Shown: piece by piece, positions 48,695 through 62,295 of the stretch | How the letters are laid out: each line of letters starts with the position of its first letter | Position numbering within the stretch: position 1 is the stretch's first letter | Origin: Takakia lepidozioides | Lineage: Eukaryota; Plantae; Bryophyta | Direction: 5' to 3' | NCBI GenBank assembly: GCA_030704615.1 | Contig: CM060731.1 | Location: 28,272,001 to 28,336,000 of the forward strand | Length of the DNA: 64,000 nucleotides | Notes under the pieces: generated by a model | Databases searched by the model: none | What the model saw: only the letters and a program-made list of their open reading frames with translations | Told to the model about the DNA's origin: nothing | Made by a program: the position numbers and the translations under genes

Positions 48695-49375
48695 CAGTGT
48701 TGTACCGGTATATAGGGTTAACCCGGGTATCAATAGTGGGTATCAACCTCGTATGAGAGAACCTACTAGGCGGGTAGGTGACGGCCACAATACCCAGGAT
48801 AGACCAATGTTACCCTATTTCGGGCTGCCATCCTACCATACTCATATTGATACCTCTCGTGAATGCAGAACACGACACAAGTTTCAAAGTCCCCGGTTTC
48901 CTTCTTGAATCCTGGGTAGGGTCTTGCAATATACATACTAACACACATTCTACGGAAGGGTGACGGCTGTGTAGAGGGAACCTTTGGGCGGCAGATTGCA
49001 GTTAGGGTGAGAGATTTGTTAGATTTGGGGTGGTTGTGTAATTGCAGCTGTGATTACACCAAGGACGGCGTTGGCAATGGACAAATCATGGCTGGGTATG
49101 CCTATGTATGTTTTGGAAACCCTTGATGTCACAACCTATCTGTCGTGAGAATAAACTTCATACCCCGGTTGATATTAGCCTGGTATTGCACAATTCCAAA
49201 CCCTACTATTGATACCACATAATGGTTCTTGCAAAAAGCAATACATATACCAGTATTCTATTTCAGAAATCCTTGTTTTGCAATACCTAGGGCCATACCA
49301 GTGTTCGTATTTTTTTTTTAAAACAAGCCCCGGACCCGGCTGGTATGTTAAAAATTCAATACCAATACAACACTG
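48695..49375. mobile_element. hAT-type MITE
   Basis: Termini CAGTGTTGTA...TACAACACTG; 8-bp TSD GACTATAC/GACTATAT. Confidence 0.82.
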
Positions 49376-51949
49376 GACTATATTGACATGAATGAAGGAA
49401 CATTGTGTCTTCGTCAGCATCTCCAGATACCCGTAATCATTCTTTAAAAGAATATGAGCATTTGAAGAAGTTCAAACACAGAATCGTTGGGGGTGGCATA
49501 AGGACAATGTGATATTGGCAATGCTATATTTGTGTGTGTACTGTTTTTGAACCATGAATAGGAGTATCATGTTTCTTGCCAAGCTCTAGCTACTCCCTTT
49601 ACTAAAAGAATGTTTTTTGTTTCTGTTTTTTTAGAGAGCTTTTGGTCATATACCAGATTTTTGTGGAGCCAACGTAGTGGGAACACATGTCAGACGTCTG
49701 GATGAATGACTAGCTGATGGATGAATTTTTCTTTTTCATAAATTGGGATATAACATATAACCATAAATGACAAAAAATTGTAGAAATTCCCTACACGAGA
49801 AGGCAGTGCGCCTGCATGTTTCATGTGTCTTGTTCTTCTTCTTTTGCTAGGGAAGAGGCTCTCATTTACGCTAGCTTCGGTTGGCGTCATATATATATAT
49901 ATATTCTTCTTTTGAGAAGAGGGGATGCCATATTGAAGTGCAAAGGATGTGAAAACCACCCCTAGTTGGTAGCTCAGTTGGATAGAGCACTAATTGCCAA
50001 CTAGGTTTTAATTTTTAATTTTTAGTTTTATTGTTCTTGGTTTCTCAGTCACGGTACGCCGTGTGTGTAAGCCTTATGGCAACCTATGGGCATCAAGGGT
50101 TTTAATTTTTTTTCCCTTCAATAATTCGAATAAATTAACCAAGGCCTTCCCTGTTCCTCAATATATATATATATATATATATATATACAAGAAAGGGCCC
50201 CGACGCCTCATGGCAATAAAGGTTTAATTTTTTCCCTTTAATCAATAAAAGTATCAGGGTTGTGAAGCCTGATTCCGGCGCTATGGGTTTGTTCCCCTTC
50301 CTCTACCGGACTTAATCATATCTGGGGAATGTAGTCGATAGATGGGCCTGGCAAAGAAGACGGAATCTCTCCAAGAGGACACCACAGACCCAGATCCCAC
50401 CCACTCAAGCACACCGTTACACCCAGGAAGAATATCAAAGATAAGGTAAGGGCCATCAATTCTTCGTTTGGCCTTAGAAATCTGCTTACCAGGCTGGAGC
50501 CTGACACAAACAGACTGGCCTACCTTGAATGACTCAGAATACACAACATGTCGGTTGTAATTCTTGGCCTGAGCAGCTTGGGCAAACACAATGTTAGATT
50601 TTGCAGTTTCACGCAAACTACGTTGTCTAGCATCCATGGAAAGCAAAAAGACTTCCCAATTTTCAGGCTCAGTAGCCGAGACCTGCAGCCAGGAGATATG
50701 CAAAGGAGTTCTACATTTCCTACCATACAAAAGTTCAAAAGGTGAGATTTTGGTACTGGCATGGATAGAAGTCTTGTAGGCAAAGAGCAGAATAGGCACA
50801 ACAATATCCCATTCATCAATTAGTGCCCCATTCTTCTCGAGCATCTAGCATATGGTTTTGTTAAATCGTTCTGTCAAACCATTGCATTGGGGATTATATG
50901 GAGCAGTAACGACATGCTTAGTATTGAGATTAAACAAGACAATCTTCATAAGTTGGTTGCAGAACTCTGTACCTTGATCCGTGAGGATTTCAAGAGGGCA
51001 ACCATGACGAAGAATCACATTATCAAAGAAGAACTACACCACCTCATCACTATCCTTAGCAACCAGAGGTCGAAGCTCAACCCATTTCGTCAAGTAGTCC
51101 GTAGCAACCGCAAGGTATGCATGGCCCTTGGACGTGGATTTAAGGGGTCCGACTAGATATAAGCCAACCCTGGCAAATGGTTCAGTCACCGGGATTGGCT
51201 GTAAAGGTAAGGGAGCTTCGGTTCTAGGTAGGATGGTTTTAGCATGACAGGGTACACACCTTGCAATGAAAGCTGAGACATCCTTAACTAAGCCTTTCCA
51301 GTGATACTGCTCCTGTAATCTCTTGACAGTTTTAGCAAACCCCAAATGGCCAACATAAGTTGACGCATGGTATAATTCGAGCAAAGCAGGGACAACGGAC
51401 CTAGAAGGGACTTCCACAGTTACACTACCTTAAAAGATCTAGTCTCCCCTGCTGCACACTCTACATCACCTGTTGTGCCTGTTTCAGATCCCTATGCCTT
51501 GTGTCATTTGCTGGACTATCCTTATGTTCCTCCAGATTTGCTTGACACTTGGGATCTTCTTCAGTTTGATGTTGGTTGACTCTCCCCTGGTATTGACATG
51601 AATTCTGGTCCGGTATCCTGCAGAAGGGTCTGGTACTTTCCTTTACCTTAGACCTTCTCCTCTTGACTTGCGCCTGCCTTGATTTGTTTCCCGACCAAGG
51701 GACTGAGTTGAGCCTTACAGCTTGCTTGCCTCCTCATAGGCAGCCAACTGAAAATGAAGTCAGGATTACGAAAGGAAGAAAACGGGGGCTGCCACTTTCT
51801 TCTCGCCTGCACTAACCTGCTGTTGTGTGGCCATGAGTGATGTAAGCATGGATGATCTATTATACGATGCTCATCTCCATAGGTGCAATACCGGCACCCA
51901 CCTTAGTGGCATATCCAAGCTGCTCATGAGGCAAGTCAACTATCACTTA

Positions 51950-52302
51950 CCCAGCCATCCGGGAAAGTGAAGGGAGATTGTTTAGAGTCACTGCTTTGGA
52001 AGGTACCTCCCAGCCCGTCCTTTGAAGAATGGAAGGATATAGTTGGAAAAACTGTTCCTATGATTCAAAACAACCCTGATGAATTGGAGTATAATTCAAA
52101 GGCTTACAACGCTCCCATTAGTTCTCATGAGATTGTAGAAGCAATTGAACATTTAAACGGATATAAAGCTGGTGGTCCTGATGGCATTGTCAACGAGCTT
52201 ATCAAGCCCAGGGTGGAGAGGTGGTCTATGGCTCCACCTCTGGTCATGTGGGATCAAGGGAAAGATGTGGAGAGTTGTCCATAACTTGTATGCTTACACC
52301 AA
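51950..52302 (+). mobile_element. LINE-A fragment inserted between RNase H and integrase of the gypsy element
   Basis: MIQNNPDELEYNSKAYNAPISSHEIVEAIEHLNGYKAGGPDGIVNELIK is nearly identical to 16550-16697. Confidence 0.85.
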
Positions 52303-53714
52303 AAGAGAGGGACAGATAGAGAGAGGGAGAGAGGGAAAGAGGGAGAGATGAGGGAAAAAAAAGAAAAAGAAATGTGGGGGGGGGGGGAGTGACTAAGCAG
52401 CAGCTGCTCAAAGGTGCAGGAATTTTGGATTCGCCTCGAGTCAAAGCATCTGCATTAACATTATCCTTCCCACGCTTGTAGGAGATGGTAAAGTCATAGC
52501 CTTGCAGAATGAGAGCCCACCAAGCTAATCTGCCAGTGAGTTCACGAGGGGTTAGCAAGGCTTTTAAAGGTAGATGATTAGTTTCAATGGTAAAATGACA
52601 GCTATGTAAATACTGTCTAAAATACTTGACTCCAAAGATAACTGCAAGGCCTTCCTTGTCAGTGATAGAGTAAATTACGCTCATGTTTATCAAGGCAGCG
52701 AGAGGCGTACGTGATGGCATGCTCCTGACCATCTTGAATCTGGCTCAACACTGCAGAGATAGCTAGATCACTGGCATCAGATAAATGGCAAGGTAAAATC
52801 AGGATAAGCAAGCACAAGAGCAGAGGTTAGTGCAAATTTGAGCTTCTCAAATGCGGACGTTTCAGCAGTTACTACCCCATACAAAACGAGCATCCTTAGA
52901 TAACAAGCGAGTGAGTAGAGCGGCAAACTGAAAAATGAAGCCTAAGAAGGCTTTAACGCATGTTTTATCCCGAGGGGCTGGATAGTTCCACACAACTTGG
53001 ATCTTAGCTGGGTCAGGACTGATGCTAGCAGCAGAAAGCAGATGGCCCAAGAAATGAAGCTGTTCCATACAAAAATCACACTTCTTGGCTTTAACTTTAA
53101 GCCTGGCTGCACGCGCGTTTCATTGATGCGTGGAAAAGGGTAAACATCTCTCTTTGTGATGGCATTTAAACGCCAAAAATCAATGCAAAAACAGGTTGAG
53201 CCATCCTTCTTACCCACCAAGACAATGGGACTGGCCCAAGGGGATATGGAGGGGGTGATTACACCAGCATCAAGCATCTTGGTAATCTCTTCATGAATGA
53301 CCTTGCGCTCATGAACACTCTCCCTATAAGCATGTTGTTTGATAGGGTTACCATCCGTAATGATGTCATGATCCAGAAGGGTGGTGCAGCCCAAGTCATG
53401 AAACCCTTCACTAAAGATGTTGAGATTGTCTCAGAGAAACTAGTGCAGGCGATTAATCTGCTGGGGAGCAAGATGAGCACCCACCTTGACATCCTTTAAG
53501 ACCTGCTGGAAATGTTGCTCTACTTCAGGAGTAAGTGTGCCTTTGTCAGCGGAACCAGAATGAGAGGCAAACGCCTGGAGTTGGTCCACAAGGGAGTCCA
53601 CCAGCCCAATATCATGAAGACTGAGACCTTTCTGAACAGAGACCAACTTAGACAAAGGAGAAGCAGTGAGCCTAGCAAGGACCTGGCCCTTGCGGATGCT
53701 GATGCTGATATACG

Positions 53715-53925
53715 TTCTGGATTAGCAATCAGTAATCTGACCTCTCCCTTGAATCCCCTGTCTAAAACCCCAGAAGCAACCAGACAGTGTTTTTGGAGGG
53801 TAAGTTTTTTCCAGCCTTCAACTTCAAGGAAATGACCGATATGGCAAGCAAAAGCTAAGCCTGTAGGTACTATGCGCTGAGAAAAAGCAGGCATGTTGAA
53901 GTCAACTGGAGAACGTAGCAACAGG
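53715..53925 (-). CDS. dUTPase-like domain between protease and RT
   Basis: LRSPVDFNMPAFSQRIVPTGLAFACHIGHFLEVEGWKKLTLQKHCLVASGVLDRGFKGEVRLLIAN. VPTGL and a motif-3-like GVLDxxFxGEV are recognisable. Confidence 0.72.
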
Positions 53926-56900
53926 GTATTCTTTGCCACAGGCAGGGGAGGTCCAGACTTCTTACCTAGTGGAGGGAAATGCCATTGGTACAAAGTATCA
54001 CCAAGTGGTTGGAACTGGCTGAATCTGGCCCAATTATAATGCAAACCTACCTGCTCCTTCATCTACTCAGCTTGAAGCTTGAGACAAGAATAGTTGGCCA
54101 TAGAGGTCCCAGCGGCAATAGTAACATGGCTTAGACTTACCTTGTAAGGTTGCCCTTCACCATTGTGAAGGCACATAAGATTGTTCATGATGTCAATGCT
54201 GGCCTCTGCACCCTTCATCCAATCCAAACCCAGCAAAATTTGTGCACCCATGGTGACAATGCAGGTCAGCAAGACAATTTTTCCACTAATGCGGATAGGC
54301 AATGTGACCAACCCTATGGGTTCATATGCTGTGCCATCAGCTATGGTAACCTCAAGGCCACGAGTAGGGCTAATCTTTAATCCAAGAATGCGAACTGTAC
54401 TAAGAGGAATGGCAGACATGGTACATCCAGTATCAATAACACATGGAAAGGAAAGGTGGGCCACATGACATTGTGTCATCAATGGGTGGATCCGGTCCCT
54501 ACTGATGCGCTTATAGGCCTCACAGTGCATGAGTTTGAAATCACGAGAAAGAACAGCACTTACCAGCGTGTTGGGGTTCTTACCATGGTCATCTGGCACC
54601 CTCACAGACGACCAGGTTTGTTTAAAATGCCCTTCTGTTGTTTGTCTCTTTGTAACTGTTCAATCATAGCAGGTAAGTTAGATTGGTAAGGACACCACCT
54701 GGTGTAATGTTTGGTGGACTTGTAGATCATGCATGCCACCACTGAAGCCCTGGCTTCATGACGAATGCCAGCATGGGTCTTACCTTGAGGCCCAAACTTG
54801 GCAGTGACTGTAGAGTTCCAGCCTACCTCAGCTTTGAAGGCTTGAAGCTCTCCCTAGAATTCATTACGAAAAAGATGACAACTCATGCACAATGGAAGGG
54901 ACCAGATCATCTGCAATACCTTTCACCCCAAGGTCCCCATCAGTAGGCTCTACACAATGACCCTCACTAGCCAGATGCGTGTGTTTTGTGTTGGCAACTT
55001 TAGACAGGCCTGCCTTGACAGCTTTGAGACGTAACCTTTCTTCAATCAATTCCACCATCTCATCTTCAGTGGTGTAAGTCTGTTTTTGCATAAACACTTT
55101 CTCAGTAGGGGGCAAGCCCTTTACAAAACAATGTTTCAAAATAGCAAGTCATCAAAACCGACTTACAGATTGCAGTTCGCAAGTCAGTGTAGTATTTCCA
55201 CACATTGTCGCCATAATGAAATTTTAAGTCTGGTGTGGTGTAAGCTATGGGCTTTTCTTCCCGAAAGAGCTTGCGAGCCAATTCTCTGGCTTCTACCCAA
55301 GTAAGATCATTTTTGTCCTTAATGTTGGACTCAAACAGTTGTCTGATCTCTCCCTTGAGACAGATCCGAAAAGATTTGACTTGGAACCGTGGGGGAACTC
55401 CATTCATTTCAGTGCAGATTTCAAAAAAATCCAAGAAGGACTCAAAATCCTCCCCTAAGTTGTACTCAGGGTATTGTTGCTTATGCATTCGCTCCCCATG
55501 ATCCGTTTTCCGTGGAGTAGTGTCCAGAACTTCAGTTTGTTTCAGCAACAGCTTCATAAGCAGGGGTCAATTGGAAATCACCCCCATGGCTTCACAGCTC
55601 GTCCAAATCAAATGTGGGTTGAGGCATAGTCACCGGATCCTTGTGATCTCCGGACGACTCTCCCCTTTCCATTTTTTCATTAGTTGTTGTCTCTTCCCTC
55701 TCCTCCGCTGCACGGTTTTCCAACTCACTTAGTCCCATTGTCTCTTCTGCTTCCCTTTCTAGCATAGATCTTGTAAATACAGGCATGAGAAGAGGAGTAC
55801 ACGGTTACCTGTCCGAAGGGGCACTGAGCTACGAGTCCCACCCGGACACACAGTGGGATGTGATGAAGCGATGCTTGTGCAGCAGGTACACTCCTTCTTC
55901 CAAGAATGCCCACAGTTCATCTTCACGCTTGAGCCGAAAAGCCACGCGCACGATGCTGCGTACCACCTTTTCCTTCACCAACAGCGTGTGGGCAGGATAT
56001 GTCTGGGCTTCTCGGCCTTGAAGAGACCTACTGTTTCACGCCAAAAACACACCCCTGGAAAGATCAACACATCATTGGGACAAAAAGGAAATTCAGAGTC
56101 GAGGATACCCGTGATGAGCTCTTCCCAAGTGGGATCCCGGGTAGAGGCTGGCGGAACTCGAGGCCTTAAATTAGCAAGCAGAATAGATGTTCCTCCTTTA
56201 ACCAGTTCCCAAAATCGTAGAGGGCTCGACTTGTCAGGAGGCAGGAAGCTCTCAAGCTCTACACCCAATTCTCGACTCACAGAGAATTGTGGAATGCCCA
56301 AGACAGCCCAGCTAAGCTTCTCACCACTCTCCAACTGCTCCTGGAGCCTCTCCAGCTCCTCCCAGTGCACTCTTCTTGGCCTACTTCAAGGCCAAGGAAC
56401 GATCCTCCCCGAGGATCGAATCGCCTTACTACAACAACATTGCTTGCGATCGCTCATGATGCCGCTTTTGGCATCACCTTGAGCAAGGGTTCACCTGGAA
56501 CCCTCTTTGACTAGGAAGATAACCTTGAACCAACCGTGCGCCCCAATCACTACAATTGGGTCCGCCTTGGAATGCTGGCCTGAGGTACGGGAACACGCCG
56601 AAGCCGCACTACGACTTCGTCCCGAGGCTACACGATTATAGTACATGAACGGAAGCACGTGGCTTCCGCGTTAGCCCGCACTACAAGGCAACCCCCTCGG
56701 TAGCGTAGTTATAGTACGCGCACGCGCCAGGTGCGCACTAGCACGTGAACTCCCAAAGAAGGCGCAAGTTTCCTTGCCCTTCGGATGGGAGTCACCTGAT
56801 TTTGGCACTGCGCAAACACACGATTAACCCAATTTATCTCTCCCACTTTTGTAAGCTAGCATGCATTCTACACACTAGCCAACCACACCATGCATCACCA

Positions 56901-57049
56901 TTCCAAACAAAATAGGACGCACAATATTTGGAACCCATTTCCTTTATAACAAATTTTTGTACAATACAAGTTTTTGCAATCGGATTCCTGAGCTAGCTAA
57001 ACCGGGCTAAGCATGCATTTCCTCCCCCACGCTCCAAGGTTGATGTCCC

Positions 57050-60000
57050 TCAACGTTTCTTCCGCTTTTGAGGTCGCCCTTCGAACGCTGCAACTGCCTC
57101 GGATGCGTTTCCCATTTCTGAGGCACGCACCCAAGATGCCTCCACATGATGATAGCCCTTCCATTTGACGAGATACTCCGTTTCTCGGTTCTTGAACCTC
57201 CTCGACTTAAATATTGCCTCCACCTCGTACTCAGGTTCATTTTCATGATCCATCAGCATAGGTGGCGGACGCAACACTTGATGCCGATTCGGACGTGCTT
57301 CATCTTTGAAGTAAGGCTTCAAAAGGGCGACATGGAATACTGGGTGTACCTTGCTGTTTGCCGGCAGCTCCAATTCATACACATCCTCATTCATAACCTT
57401 CCGAATGCGAAAGGGACCCGCATACGGAGGTACGAACTTCGGACTCACTTCCGGAGGTAGTCGGAAATTCTTGATGTTCAACCAGACCTCTGTGCCTGCC
57501 TCAAACTTCACTTCCCTCCGCTTCCGATTCGCCTGCCTTTCATACCGTTTCCTAGCTTTGGCAATGTTGTACTTTGTGAGCTTCAACAACGCTCGCGTTC
57601 TTTCAGTACCGCCGCTACTGCGGTTCCTCCTCAACGTCCTGGGCGGCCCAACTTGTCGGCACCAGAGGTGCTTTTCCATAGACCAATACGAAAGGGGAAA
57701 CTCCCGTTGCGGAGTGTTCTGTGTTATTATAACAGAACTCTGCCGCGTCTAAGTGTTCCATCCAGTCTGATTGGTCTGCCGACACATAATTCCGCAAGAA
57801 TTGCTTCACTACGGAATTCACTCTTTCCGTTTGGCCGTCCGTCGTAGGTCGGAAGGCGGTGCTCATCTTCAGCCTCGTCCCCATCTTCTTCCAAAGTGTC
57901 CTCCAAATTTACTCGTAAACTTTGGATCGCGATCCGAGACAATATCCTTCGGGACTCCATGATGCTTTAAGACGTGGGCGAAGTAAAGTCACCTGTCTCC
58001 TCTCTGCGCCGTTGCTGTCTCTTTGGTGGGATGAAATGGCCCATTTTACTGAACCTATCCACCACCACCATGATTGCATCGAATCCTTTTGACAGCGGCA
58101 TAGCAGTCATGAAATCCATCGAGACGCTTTCCCAAGTCCCCTCTGGAATCGGCAAGGGTTGTAACAGCCCCGCTTGCTTTTTGTACTCGCTCCGGTTTTG
58201 TTGGCATGTGGTGCATGTCTTGACATACTCCTCTGCCTCCTCCCTCAGTTTGGGCCAGAAATACTCTTTCTTCAGGAGTGCCGCAGTGCGCTTGGCTCCG
58301 CCGTGGCCCGCAAGCGGGCTATCATGGCATTCTCTCAAGAGGCTATCTCTGATCCCTCCCTTCGGCACGTAGAGACGCTTTTGCTTATACCGGAGCAGTC
58401 CATTTTGCAAGTGGAACTGTGATTTAACCCCCATTCTCAAGTCCTGCATCACGGACTTTGCCAGCTCATCCTTCCGGCAAGCCTTCCGGATCTTCCTTTG
58501 GAGCGCCGTCTCGCCCTTGTACACCAACAAGAGCTGCTGCTTTCTACTTAAAGCATCGGCCACCACATTGTCCCGTCCGGTTTGTACTAGATATCCACGT
58601 CGAACACTGCCAAAGTATCTTGCCACCTAAGTTGTTTTGGGGACAACTTAGGCTGCGTGGCAAAATACTTCACCGTGACATTGTCCGTGAACACCTTCAC
58701 TGGGTTGGAACCAACATAGTGGCGCCAGAGCTCAAGACAGTGCACCACCGCCTTCATCTCTTTCTCGTGCGTCGGCCACTGTTGCTCCACTTCATTCAGT
58801 TTCTTACTTTCGTAAGCCACTGGACGTCCATCTTGCATCAGTACACCCCCAATCGCGAAGTCCGACGCATTTGTATGTATCTCGAACGGACGATCGAACT
58901 CCGGAATTTTCAAGACTGGAGCTTCCGTCATCCGCTGCTTTAATTCAGCAAAAGCTTGGCCACAAAATGTGTTCCATACCCAGACTTTGGATTTACACAG
59001 AAGGTCCGACAGCGGCCCCTGCGATCTTGGCGAAATTTCTCACATACTTCCGGTAATAGGAGGCGAGTCCTAGGAAGGATCGCACTCCCGGGACCGAAGT
59101 CGGAGGCTCCCAGTCCAAAATCGCCCTCACCTTTCTATCATCCATTTTGATCCCATCCTGTGTAATCACATGCCCCAGGAACTCCACTTTTGTGACCCCG
59201 AATTCGCACTTTGAAGCTTTGGCATACAGCTTCCCTTCCCGTAATTTTTGGAACACCCTTTTGAGGTGCTCCAGGTGCTCCTCCTTTGTTTTCGAGTACA
59301 CCAAGATGTCGTCGATGTACACGATCACAAAGTCATCCAACCACTCCTGGAAAAGGCTGTTCATCTGCGTGCTAAATGTCGCTGGTGCATTGGTGAGCCC
59401 AAAAGGCATCACCAAGAACTCATATGAACCATACCTTGTCCTGCACGCGGTCTTCTCCTCATCTCCTTCCGCCACCCGAATTTGGTGATAGCCGGAGCGC
59501 AAGTCGATCCGGCTGAAATACTTCGCTCCTGCCAACCGATCGAAGAGGTCGTCGATCCTTGGCAAAGGGTACCGGTTTTTTATAGTCACCTTATTCAGAA
59601 GCCCTGTAATCGACACACATCCGCAGCGTCCCATCCTTCTTGTCTGCAAATAGCACCGGGGCTCCGTAAGGTGACTTACTCGGCCGGATGTACCCCTTTG
59701 ACATTAGATCCTTGAGCTGAGTCTTCAGCTCGACCAACTCTCTGTGGCTCAACCGGTAGGGCGCCTTGGCAGGCGGTTCCGATCCCGGCATCACCTTAAT
59801 CTTGTGGTCCACTCCTCTTCGCGGTGGCAAGCCGCTTGGTAAATCCTCCGGCATCACATCCTGGTATTTCTCCAAAATCCCCTTGATCCAATCTGGGCTC
59901 GGCTCCCCATCGCCTTCTCCTTTCACTTCTCTAATGTAAAGCAAAACTGGGGCTCGTGTGCCTCCTCCACGGCCCACTCCTTTGCTGACAGAAGGTTTAT

Positions 60001-61613
60001 TCGCCCTCCCACGGATTTGGGCGTTTCCGACACTCGTAAAACCTCGCCACCATTCTCACATGGCAGCGTGACTACTCTCTTGCGGCCATCTATGACCGCT
60101 CCGGATTTGCTCAAAAATGTCATCCCCAAAATGAGATCCACTCCATCAATCTCGCAGATGGTGAAGTTCTCACGTCCCTCCCAACTCCCCAGTTGAAGAG
60201 GAACATCAATCGCCAACTTTGTCGCCAACTGTGGTTCTCCTTTGGCAGAACGCACCTCAATAGAGGCCCCACGTCACTTGTCGGGAGTCCCAGCTTTTGT
60301 GCCGTTGCCGGTGTCATGAAGGAGTGCGACGCTCCTGTGTCCACCAACAACGACACATTAGTTCCGGATATTATCCCATCCACGAACAATAACTGACTCC
60401 CTTTTCGTAAGGCGCCAGTTTCCTGATACAACTCACAAGAAAATTTGCCTACCTTGCAAGTCCTGGCGACCACCGCTTCCACCAAGCAACTGATGGTATC
60501 TTCCGACAGCTCCGTGGTCGCCCGAGTCATGTTCAATTGCCGGGGCTTCGTGCACTTCTTGGCCATGTGCCCGGGCTCCCCGCAATTGAAACATACTCCA
60601 TCAAAGGTCGCCTTCTGTCCGCCATAAGCCGCTCCACCCGCTTTTCCTTTCGAAGCACCGGGTGCCGCCTTGACGTGTGAAGGCCCTCCCTTCGATTTCC
60701 ACGTGCCATTTTCGCCGCGTGGCCTATCCCACTTCTTTTCCGGTCGGAAGGAGTCACCTTCCCGCCGAATCTTCTTGTGGTTCAGCTCCGTACGGCCTTG
60801 TCTTTCACCCCTAGGGACATCTGAGAAACATTCAGCCCTCTCAATAGCCTCGTTCAAAGTCTTGGGTGGCTTCTCCTCCAACTTTCGCCTGGCCCATGGG
60901 GCCAGTCCCACCACAAAGTTGAAGACCATTTCTGGTTCTGCCATGTCCGCGACTTCGAGCAACAGCACATTGAAAGCCTGGAAATATCCCCGAATCTCAT
61001 CTGTTTGCTTCAAATTCCTCATCTTGTCCCGGGCGAGCCAGGACGCGTTGAGGGGCACAAACTGTCTCTTCATCAATTCCTTGAACCCACTCCAGTTCAA
61101 GGTTTCCGGGCTTGGACCTCGGTCGTGAAGGCGTTTCTGCCACCATTGTTGAGCATAGCCCCTCAAATAGGTGGGAGCCACTTCCACCCGATCCTCGTCA
61201 CTCAACTTAGCCGCCCGGAAGTACTGCTCTAGCTCCAAGAGCTAGGTGTTGAGTACCTTCCGATTTCGGACGCCCTCGAAGGTGCCGGGCTCCTTAGGCT
61301 TCACCTTAAACTTTGCCTTAGCGGAAGTGGCATTAGCCGCCTTCAACACGTCTTTCAACGTCCCGCCAAACTGCGCCAACAACCTTTCCCAAAAGGCTGC
61401 CGGCATGGGAGACATCTCTTGGTTTGTCGGAGCTCTCAAGGATTCCTCGGGCTCCGACTCCTCGGATTCCTCTCGCTCTTGGGCGGCCTCGTTTTCGGAA
61501 ACTTGCATCGCTTCCTCAAACGGCCGCCTCGGTGACACGCCGCCCCCATCGGGCTCACCGGGATCATCATCTTTTGGGCCGTTCCGCTTTCGCTTCGGCT
61601 TGCCCGACCCCAT
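57050..61613 (-). mobile_element. Chromovirus (Ty3/gypsy, Tcn1/Galadriel-like) gag-pol with C-terminal chromodomain; several frameshifts and one stop
   Basis: CFNCGEPGHMAKKC; LVDTGASHSF; [10 protein letters not shown]; RNase H ASDFAIGGVL...EKE; integrase HHCC and SMDF...DGQTERVN; YAGPF; chromodomain YEVEAI...YLVKWKGY...SWV; PPT-like GGGGGAGGA at ~57020-57028. Confidence 0.95.
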
Positions 61614-61654
61614 GATGAGGCCAATCCCAAGGACGATCGCGTACTGAACTCTAA

Positions 61655-61666
61655 GCTCTGATACCA
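61655..61666 (-). promoter_or_regulatory. PBS (tRNA-iMet)
   Basis: TGGTATCAGAGC on the - strand, 2 nt after the LTR end ...CGACA. Confidence 0.92.
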
Positions 61667-61668
61667 AG

Positions 61669-62243
61669 TGTCGTGCACCTCACTTCGGTAAGCTCCCCTT
61701 CAAGTCATAGTTACTCGCTTTGATGTGCGCGCCTGACTCCCAACCTGGCCGCCCGGGCCAACTTGGAGCTTCGGTTGCTCACCGGGACATAACGGTCCCC
61801 CCTTCGCTTCCCTCTAAACCCTCCACCTAATTGGGACTAGGAGAATTCCCTTTGGTAGATGGCAGTCCGGAACAGCTCCCCACTCTTTGGTCGCTTTCCG
61901 GCTCGCACGCTTACTCACTAGTTTTTGGTCACCAACGGGCTTGCACCGTTCTCGGGGTTACTACTCCCTATATATACTTCTGTAGCTGTCCGCGGAGGTT
62001 CCACAACCAGCCATGCCATTTTATGGCGAACCACCACGAAAACCCTCGACTCCCGGTGGTGAGTCGCGGTGAGTCTTGGCCCGCTCACTACGGCCCCTAT
62101 GGACCGTGATGAGTCCCAAGACTCCCCACGACTCCCACCACGAGGTCTCCGCCCCCATGGTGAGTCCTATGCCACCCCCACTAAGTCCCACTAAGCTACC
62201 ACCACCCCTTGTGGAGCCACCCCCACCGCAACCCTGCCACTAC
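61669..62243 (-). repeat. 5' LTR of the left chromovirus copy (outer end truncated)
   Basis: Reverse complement of 62457-63023. Confidence 0.88.
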
Positions 62244-62295
62244 CCGTTCCTTCAATCATGCAGGATCCCCCGTACACAATCTACAGTTCTCAGGT

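Larger units (their letters stand above)
50281..55786 (-). mobile_element. Degenerate Ty3/gypsy element: gag - knuckle - protease - dUTPase-like - RT (core deleted) - RNase H - integrase
   Basis: gag ~55786-54860; CMIYKSTKHYTRWC; VIDTGC; SPWASPIVLVGKKDG; YSITDKEGLAVIFGVKYFRQYL; NVNADAL; HASTYVGHLG...CVPC; DYLTKW; YNPQCNGLTERFN; SPFELLYGR. Confidence 0.88.

Noticed and set aside
55853-56482. 209-aa + strand ORF, and the many other antisense ORFs over retroelements
   Set aside because: They have no motifs and are shadows of - strand coding or GC-rich repeat sequence.
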